From contig JAQWRT010000033.1 of assembly GCA_029243605.1 (NCBI GenBank), positions 1,147 to 65,146 of the forward strand: a stretch of DNA of 64,000 nucleotides. The letters run 5' to 3'. The notes beneath the pieces are model-generated. The model was not told the origin of the DNA. It was given only the letters and a program-made list of their open reading frames with translations, and made no database searches. How positions within the stretch are numbered: the first letter of the stretch is position 1; each line of letters begins with the position of its first letter. This DNA comes from Myxococcota bacterium (GTDB lineage Bacteria > Myxococcota_A > UBA9160 > UBA4427). Made by a program: the position numbers and the translations under genes. Positions 57,718 to 64,000 of this stretch are shown here, in pieces.

Positions 57718-58790
57718 TGCTTTACCACCTGCTCTACCCCCTCGAAAGCGCCTTCGGCGGCTTTAACGTCGTCCGCTACATCACCTTTCGCACGGCGGCG
57801 GCCACCCTGACCGCGCTCTTCATCGCCTTCGTGGTCGGTCCCTGGTTGATTCGCAAGTTGGCGGCCCTGCGCGTGGGCCAGCCCATCCGAGAAATTGGTC
57901 CGGACCATCAAGCCAAGGCGGGTACGCCCACCATGGGCGGGCTCTTGATCCTCCTTTCCCTCTCGGTCTCCACCCTGCTCTGGGCGGACCTGAGCAACCA
58001 TTTCGTTTGGATCGTGCTCGGCTTGACCACGGGCTACGGCATTCTGGGATTCATCGACGATTATCGAAAAGTCAGGCAGGGAAATAGCGACGGCGTCTCC
58101 GCTCGCACCAAACTCTTCTGGCAGACCCTTCTGGCACTCGGAGTCGCTTTCGCGATCTACACCAGTCCGGCCTTCGATCAGGAATTGGCCGTTCCCTTCT
58201 TCAAAAACTTCACGCCCAATCTCGGCTGGTTCTACATTCCTCTGGCGACCTTCGTCATCGTCGCCTTCAGCAACGGAGTGAACCTCACCGACGGTCTAGA
58301 CGGCCTGGCCATCGGACCGGTCATGATCGCGGCCGGCACCTTCGCCGGGCTCGCCTATGCGGCCGGCCATGCCAACATCGCGGATTACCTCGCCATCAAG
58401 CACGTCCCCGGTGCGGGCCAACTCGCCATCTTCTGCGGCGCATTGGTGGGCGGAAGCCTGGGCTTCCTCTGGTTCAATGCCTCCCCCGCCGATCTCTTCA
58501 TGGGCGACGTAGGCGCCTTGGCGATCGGCGGCGCTCTGGGGACGGTTTCCGTGTTGATCCGGCAAGAGGTTCTCCTCGCCGTAGTCGGCGGAATCTTCGT
58601 GGTCGAGGCGGCCTCGGTGGTCATTCAGGTCGGCTGGTACAAGATGACCGGCCGTCGAGTCTTTTTGATGGCCCCGATCCACCACCATTTTGAAAAACTC
58701 GGCTGGGCCGAGCAGAAGATCGTCGTCCGCTTTTGGATCGTCTCGATCATTCTCGGCTTGATCGCGTTCTCATCGCTGAAATTGCGCTAA
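57717..58790 (+). CDS. mraY: Phospho-MurNAc-pentapeptide transferase
   Basis: KAGTPTMGG, NLTDGLDGL, FMGDVG, APIHHHFE. Confidence 0.98.
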   Translation: MLYHLLYPLESAFGGFNVVRYITFRTAAATLTALFIAFVVGPWLIRKLAALRVGQPIREIGPDHQAKAGTPTMGGLLILLSLSVSTLLWADLSNHFVWIVLGLTTGYGILGFIDDYRKVRQGNSDGVSARTKLFWQTLLALGVAFAIYTSPAFDQELAVPFFKNFTPNLGWFYIPLATFVIVAFSNGVNLTDGLDGLAIGPVMIAAGTFAGLAYAAGHANIADYLAIKHVPGAGQLAIFCGALVGGSLGFLWFNASPADLFMGDVGALAIGGALGTVSVLIRQEVLLAVVGGIFVVEAASVVIQVGWYKMTGRRVFLMAPIHHHFEKLGWAEQKIVVRFWIVSIILGLIAFSSLKLR

Positions 58791-58808
58791 TGCGTTGAAG
58801 GAAAAAGG

Positions 58809-60191
58809 TTGACTGAAACAGGTTCCCTGAACCTCGAGGGCATGGAGATTCTCGTGCTCGGCCTCGGCATGTCCGGCCGTAGCGCGGCGCAGTTTTGCGC
58901 CGAGCGAGGCGCCCGGGTCCTGGCGGCCGACGAGCGGAGCGCCGACGCCCTCTTCGAGGCTCCCGAATCCGAGATCGCCCGGAAACTCGGCCCCCAGGTC
59001 GAACTTGTCTGCGGCCAACCCTTTCCCGATCCCTCGCGCTTCGACCTCGTGGTTCCCAGCCCCGGCATCCCGCCCTCCCGCTACGCGGAAGCCGCCTCTC
59101 GGGTTTGGGGCGATATCGAACTGGCCGGGCGAGCTCTCGCGATTCCCGTGATCGCCGTGACGGGCACCAACGGGAAATCCACCACGGTTCGCCTGATCGA
59201 AGCCATGCTCAACACCGCTGGACGCCGGGCGGAAGCCGCGGGCAACGTGGGCACCCCAGCGCTCTCGCTTCCCGGCAAACCCCTGGACGTCGCCGTCCTC
59301 GAGGTCTCCTCCTTCCAGTTGGAAGCGATCGAGAGTTTCGCGCCCCAGGTTGCGGTGATCCTCAACATCACTCCCGACCATCTGGATCGCCATGGCGATC
59401 TCGCCGGCTATAGCGCGGCCAAACGCCGAATCCTCGAGAACCAGGGTCCGGGCGACGTCGCCGTGCTCGACTTCGACAACCCGCTGGTCCGCGGCTTCGC
59501 GGAGCATGCCCGGGGCGAGGTCATTCCCTTCAGCCGGCAAACACCGCCCTCGTTGCCCAACCACCCTCGAGCGGCCTGGATCGATGCGGGGGTTGCCACC
59601 TTCGCCGATGGCCACACCCTCGAACGAGTCCCCCTGACCTCGGGAAGCGGTCTCTCCCCCCATGACCGCGACAATGTGCTCGCCGCGCTGACCGCTGCCT
59701 GGGCGGCGGGGGTCGCCCCCACAAGCGCGAGCCAAGCCCTCTCGGATTTTCAGGCCCTTCCCCATCGCTGCGAAGTCGTTCCCGCCCCGGGCCCGGTGCG
59801 CTGGATCAATGATTCCAAGGCGACGAACCCCGGTGCCGCCCAGCGCGCCATCGAGGGAAGCGAAGCGCCGGTGATCTGGATCGCCGGGGGCAGGGGCAAG
59901 GGGCTTTCGTTCGAGAGCCTCGCCGAAGTCGCCCAGGGGCGCGTCAAAATCGCCCTCTTGATCGGCGAGTCGTCCGACGCCCTCTCTGAAGTCCTCGAGG
60001 GCCGAGTCCCTTGGGAGCCCTGCGGCGACCTCGACACCGCCGTGGACCGAGCGGCCTCCCTCGCCGATGCCGGAGACATCGTCCTTCTCGCCCCGGCTTG
60101 CGCGAGCTTCGATCAATTCAAAAGTTTCGAGCACCGGGGCGAGTGTTTTCGAGCCGCCGTCGGACGCCTCGACGAAGAAAGCCCGGTATGA
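58809..60191 (+). CDS. murD: UDP-MurNAc-L-Ala:D-Glu ligase
   Basis: GLGMSG, TGTNGKSTT, EVSSFQL, DHLDRH, NDSKATN, PACASFDQF. Confidence 0.97.
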   Translation: MTETGSLNLEGMEILVLGLGMSGRSAAQFCAERGARVLAADERSADALFEAPESEIARKLGPQVELVCGQPFPDPSRFDLVVPSPGIPPSRYAEAASRVWGDIELAGRALAIPVIAVTGTNGKSTTVRLIEAMLNTAGRRAEAAGNVGTPALSLPGKPLDVAVLEVSSFQLEAIESFAPQVAVILNITPDHLDRHGDLAGYSAAKRRILENQGPGDVAVLDFDNPLVRGFAEHARGEVIPFSRQTPPSLPNHPRAAWIDAGVATFADGHTLERVPLTSGSGLSPHDRDNVLAALTAAWAAGVAPTSASQALSDFQALPHRCEVVPAPGPVRWINDSKATNPGAAQRAIEGSEAPVIWIAGGRGKGLSFESLAEVAQGRVKIALLIGESSDALSEVLEGRVPWEPCGDLDTAVDRAASLADAGDIVLLAPACASFDQFKSFEHRGECFRAAVGRLDEESPV

Positions 60192-61366
60192 CGAAGAAAA
60201 CCACCCGCAGCCCGCGCCCCTCCACGCGCAAGACAAGCGCCCAGCAGCAAACTCTCGGCCAGGGAGCGGATACCGGCGTGCTCGTCTCGATTCTGCTCCT
60301 CGCTTCCATGGGGATGGTGATGAGCTACAGCACGACGGCCACCCTCGCCCTGGACCAAACCCTGCCCCCGCTCTTTCTTCGCCACGTCGGCGCCCTGGGT
60401 GTCGGCTTGGCGACGGCAGCGGCCATCATGTGGACGCCGATCGACAAGTGGCGACGACTCGCCCTCCCCCTCTGGATCCTCTCCCTGGGCCTTCTCCTCG
60501 CCGTCGAGTTTTTTGGCGTCAAGGTCAACGGCGCCCAGCGCTGGCTCGAAGTTCCGGGACTCGGCTTCCGCTTCCAACCCGTGGAATTGTGCAAGCTCAC
60601 CACGCTCCTGCTCGTGGCCGCCCTGGTCGCTCGTCGGGACGGGCGCGACGAACTCTCGGGCACACGCACCCTGATCGCGGCCAGCCTGGCCTTGCCCCCC
60701 ATGGCGCTGCTCCTGCTCCAGCCCGATCTTGGCAACGCGGTCCTGCTCGCCTGCCTCGTGGGGCTTCTGTTGATTGTCGCGGGAACGCGCCTTTCCCGAC
60801 TGATCGCCCCGGGCCTGATCGGCATCGCGGGGATCGTCGTCTACATCAGCTACAACCCCTACGCCTGGCGGCGCATCACCGGTTTCATGCACCCCTGGGC
60901 GACATCTCAGGGCGAGGGTTACCAACTCACCCAATCCTTCGTGGCCTTCGGACGCGGCGGTCTCTTCGGCGTCGGTCTGGGCAATGGCGAGCAAAAACTC
61001 GCCTACCTCCCCGAGGCCCACACCGACTTCATCCTCTCCCTGGTCGCCGAGGAGCTCGGATTGGTCGGCGTTCTGGTCGTGCTCGGCGGATTTGTCTGCT
61101 TGCTCCTCGCGGGCTCGCGCATCGCGGCCCGCGCCCGGGATCGCTTCGCCCTGCTCGTGGCCTTCGGAATGACAAGCCTGCTCACCGTGCCCGCGATCAT
61201 CAACTCTGCCGTGGTGATGGGCATGATGCCCACCAAGGGACTCACCCTGCCCTTCCTTTCCTACGGACGCACCTCCCTGGTCATGTGCTGCGTGGCCCTG
61301 GGCCTCCTCCTCAGCGCGGCGCGCGAGCCCGCAGGCTCGCGATCCCGAGCTCGGAGGAAGCGATGA
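60188..61366 (+). CDS. ftsW: SEDS peptidoglycan polymerase
   Basis: NGAQRW, FQPVE, QPDLG, LPEAHTDF, PTKGLTLPFLSYG. Confidence 0.96.
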   Translation: MTKKTTRSPRPSTRKTSAQQQTLGQGADTGVLVSILLLASMGMVMSYSTTATLALDQTLPPLFLRHVGALGVGLATAAAIMWTPIDKWRRLALPLWILSLGLLLAVEFFGVKVNGAQRWLEVPGLGFRFQPVELCKLTTLLLVAALVARRDGRDELSGTRTLIAASLALPPMALLLLQPDLGNAVLLACLVGLLLIVAGTRLSRLIAPGLIGIAGIVVYISYNPYAWRRITGFMHPWATSQGEGYQLTQSFVAFGRGGLFGVGLGNGEQKLAYLPEAHTDFILSLVAEELGLVGVLVVLGGFVCLLLAGSRIAARARDRFALLVAFGMTSLLTVPAIINSAVVMGMMPTKGLTLPFLSYGRTSLVMCCVALGLLLSAAREPAGSRSRARRKR

Positions 61367-62457
61367 CAATCAACTGGGTCATTGCCGGCGGCGGAACCGG
61401 GGGACACGTCACCCCCGCCCTGGCCCTTGCCGAAATCATCGTCCAGCGCGGCGACCGCGTGCTCTTCATCGGATCCGAGCGCGGGCTCGAGGCGCGGCTG
61501 GTCCCCGAGGCGGGTTTCGAACTCCTCGCCCTGCCGAGCGAACAAGTCATGGGCCGGGGTCTCGCCGGCCGCATCTCCGGCCTCTGGCGGACCCTTGCCC
61601 AGGTTGGCCGCGCTCGGGTTGCCCTGGGTGCCCACCGGGCCGACGTGGTGGTCTCGGTCGGGGGCTTCGCCGCGATTCCGGCAGCCCTGGCTGCCCTGCT
61701 CACCCGCCGCCCCCTGGCCCTGCTCGAACCCAACGCAATCCCCGGCCGGGCCAACCGCCTGACCGCCCATTTTGCCCGCCTCGTCTTTGTGGGATTCGCC
61801 TCCACCGCCCAGGCCCTGAAGACCCGGAGCCCCATCCACCATTTCGGCATTCCCCTCCGCGAGGGTCTCGTCCAGGCCTTTGCCCGGGCCGGCGCCCGGC
61901 GGCCCCCCCGAAACCCCGTGCGTCTACTCGTCTTCGGCGGGAGCCAGGGCGCGCGGCAGATCAACGAAACCATGATGAGCTTGGCCCCCCGACTCGCCGG
62001 CACGGCGTTGAAGATTTTTCACCAATCCGGCGCCGCCGATCGAGAACGCGTCCAGGCGGCCTACGAAGAGGCCGGCATCGACGCCGAAGTCGTCGATTTC
62101 GAACCGGGCATGCCCGACCGCTATCGCTGGGCGGACCTGGCTGTCTGCCGAGCGGGCGCCATGACCGTCGCCGAACTCGCCCTGGCCGGCTTGCCCGCCC
62201 TGCTCGTCCCCTACCCCTTCGCCGCAGACGACCATCAGGCCGCAAACGCCAAGGCCTTCGCCGAGGCGGGGGCCGGCGTCCGCCTGGCCTCCCGCCCCCT
62301 GGACCCCGAAGCCCTTTGGGCCCTGCTCGAGGGCTTCCTCGAAAGCCCGGGAAGCCTGGTTCCCATGAGCCGAGCCGCCGCCTCCCTGGCGGAACCCAAC
62401 GCCGCCGAACGGATCATCGAGGCCTGCATCCCGCTTGCCCAGGGAGACTCGCGATGA
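61363..62457 (+). CDS. murG: Lipid II GlcNAc transferase
   Basis: AGGGTGGH, EPNAIPGRAN, FGGSQGA, RAGAMT, DDHQ. Confidence 0.97.
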   Translation: MTINWVIAGGGTGGHVTPALALAEIIVQRGDRVLFIGSERGLEARLVPEAGFELLALPSEQVMGRGLAGRISGLWRTLAQVGRARVALGAHRADVVVSVGGFAAIPAALAALLTRRPLALLEPNAIPGRANRLTAHFARLVFVGFASTAQALKTRSPIHHFGIPLREGLVQAFARAGARRPPRNPVRLLVFGGSQGARQINETMMSLAPRLAGTALKIFHQSGAADRERVQAAYEEAGIDAEVVDFEPGMPDRYRWADLAVCRAGAMTVAELALAGLPALLVPYPFAADDHQAANAKAFAEAGAGVRLASRPLDPEALWALLEGFLESPGSLVPMSRAAASLAEPNAAERIIEACIPLAQGDSR

Positions 62458-63854
62458 ATCCCTCGGCTGACCGCATTCACTTCGTGGGCATCGGGGGCGT
62501 GGGCATGTCCGGGCTCGCCGAGTATCTCCACGCCCAAGGCGAAAACGTGTCGGGCTCGGACCTCAATGAAAGTGCGACCACCCGGCGACTTGCGGGACTC
62601 GGCATGGAAATCCATCGGGGCCACGGGGCGGCAAATCTAGGCGGCGCCCAACGCGTGGTCGCGTCCACGGCCATCGCCGCAGACAACCCCGAACTCGCCG
62701 AGGCCCATCGCCGAGCGATTCCCGTGATTCGTCGAGGCCAATTGCTCGCCGAAATCATGGAACCCAAACGCGGCATCGCCGTGGGGGGAAGCCATGGCAA
62801 GACGACCACCACCTCCCTGACCGGGCACCTGCTGGTCGAGGCGGGGCTCGATCCCACCTCCATCGTCGGTGGGCGGGTGATGGGTAGCGGCGCCAACCCC
62901 AGCGGCACCCGAATGGGCCAGAGCCCATTCCTCGTCGCCGAAGCCGACGAAAGCGATGGATCGTTCCTTCTCCTGGCACCCGCCATAGCGATCATTACCA
63001 ACATCGATCCCGAACATCTCGACCACTACGGAAATTTTGAAGCGCTCGAAGATGCCTTCGTCGAATTCGCCAACGCTGTTCCCGAGGACGGCCTCGCCGT
63101 GATCTGCATCGACCATCCCGGGGTTCGGGCCATCCTGCCCCGGCTGAAAGGGCGTCGGCTCACCTATGGGTTCGACCCCGACGCGAACCTGAGGGCGAGT
63201 GAGCCCGTCGCCCTGGGCATCGGCTCGCGCTTCACGGTCAGTCTGGACGGCCGCCGCCTGGGCGAAGTCGCATTACCCCTCCCCGGCCGGCACAACATTC
63301 TCAACGCCCTGGCCGCCCTGGCGGTCGGTCTCGAACTGGGCGTCGCCCCCGAGGACGGGGCCCGGGGTCTCGCAAATTTCCCAGGCGTCGAGCGTCGTTA
63401 CCAGACCCTGGGCAACTGCCGGGAAATCCAGGTCGTGGATGACTACGCCCATCATCCCGCCGAGTTGCGAGCCACTCTCGAGGCGGCCCGCAGCGTCCAC
63501 CCCGGCCGCATTGTCAGCGTCTTCCAACCCCATCGCTATACCCGAACCCGGGACTGTATGGCTGAATTCGCCTCGGCATTCGGGGCCAGCGACGTCGTGA
63601 TCATCAGCGAGATCTATGCCGCCGGCGACTCGCCGATCCCCGGCGTCAGCGGCCGGGTTCTGGCCGAAAAAATCGTCGGTCAGGGACACGACGATGTGCG
63701 CTTCGTCGCCGACCTCGAGCAAATCCGCACCGAACTCCCGGGCAACCTCGAGCCGGGCGACCTCGTCCTCACCCTGGGCGCCGGGGACATCGCGAAACTC
63801 GGCGGACAAATTCTCGAGCGGCTCGCCGACGAGTCCGGGGAGGCCGACGCATGA
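62454..63854 (+). CDS. murC: UDP-MurNAc:L-Ala ligase
   Basis: HFVGIGGVGMS, HGKTTT, EADESD, DDYAHHP, FQPHRYTR. Confidence 0.97.
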   Translation: MNPSADRIHFVGIGGVGMSGLAEYLHAQGENVSGSDLNESATTRRLAGLGMEIHRGHGAANLGGAQRVVASTAIAADNPELAEAHRRAIPVIRRGQLLAEIMEPKRGIAVGGSHGKTTTTSLTGHLLVEAGLDPTSIVGGRVMGSGANPSGTRMGQSPFLVAEADESDGSFLLLAPAIAIITNIDPEHLDHYGNFEALEDAFVEFANAVPEDGLAVICIDHPGVRAILPRLKGRRLTYGFDPDANLRASEPVALGIGSRFTVSLDGRRLGEVALPLPGRHNILNALAALAVGLELGVAPEDGARGLANFPGVERRYQTLGNCREIQVVDDYAHHPAELRATLEAARSVHPGRIVSVFQPHRYTRTRDCMAEFASAFGASDVVIISEIYAAGDSPIPGVSGRVLAEKIVGQGHDDVRFVADLEQIRTELPGNLEPGDLVLTLGAGDIAKLGGQILERLADESGEADA

Positions 63855-64000
63855 TGCCCGAGCCCGCCCGCAGCGCCCTGCTCGATGCCCTCGGCGAGCG
63901 CGTGGCCTTCGATGCCCCCATGACACGCCAAACCTCCCTGCGAATCGGTGGGCCCGCCGATGCCCTGGCGACCCCGACCAACCGTCGTGAGTTGGCCGCG
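63851..64000 (+). CDS. murB: UDP-GlcNAc enolpyruvate reductase (5' part, cut by window edge)
   Basis: APMTRQTSLRIGGPAD after murC with ATGA overlap. Confidence 0.85.
   Translation, partial: MMPEPARSALLDALGERVAFDAPMTRQTSLRIGGPADALATPTNRRELAA

Overview
GC-rich, densely coding bacterial chromosome segment. Gene content and style suggest an uncultured Myxococcota/deltaproteobacterial lineage (inference). Left to right: (1) a ~4.3 kb accessory zone with a dockerin-tailed secreted protein, three decayed gene fragments and four IS91/ISCR oriIS-like motifs at the fragment junctions; (2) a propeller/half-TolC gene coupled to a PEP-CTERM lamin-tail gene; (3) F420 genes cofD-cofC-cofE; (4) engB and an aminotransferase; (5) a variant cytochrome c maturation operon ccmE-F-X-A-B-C-D; (6) an orphan Zn-finger gene; (7) housekeeping genes (M20 peptidase, hisG/hisI, plsB, ffh, mltD, rlmN, trmB); (8) an archaeal-type 2-phosphoglycerate kinase divergent from a MerR / ParA-CBM48 fusion / degenerate MinD-FlhG / degenerate NucS-like locus, the best candidate for an undescribed system (possible glycogen-granule positioning); (9) mixed metabolic genes; (10) the dcw cluster mraZ to murB, with two opposed MraZ-box arrays and an mraW-motif-like RNA. 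All calls come from reading motifs by eye; no database searches were run.
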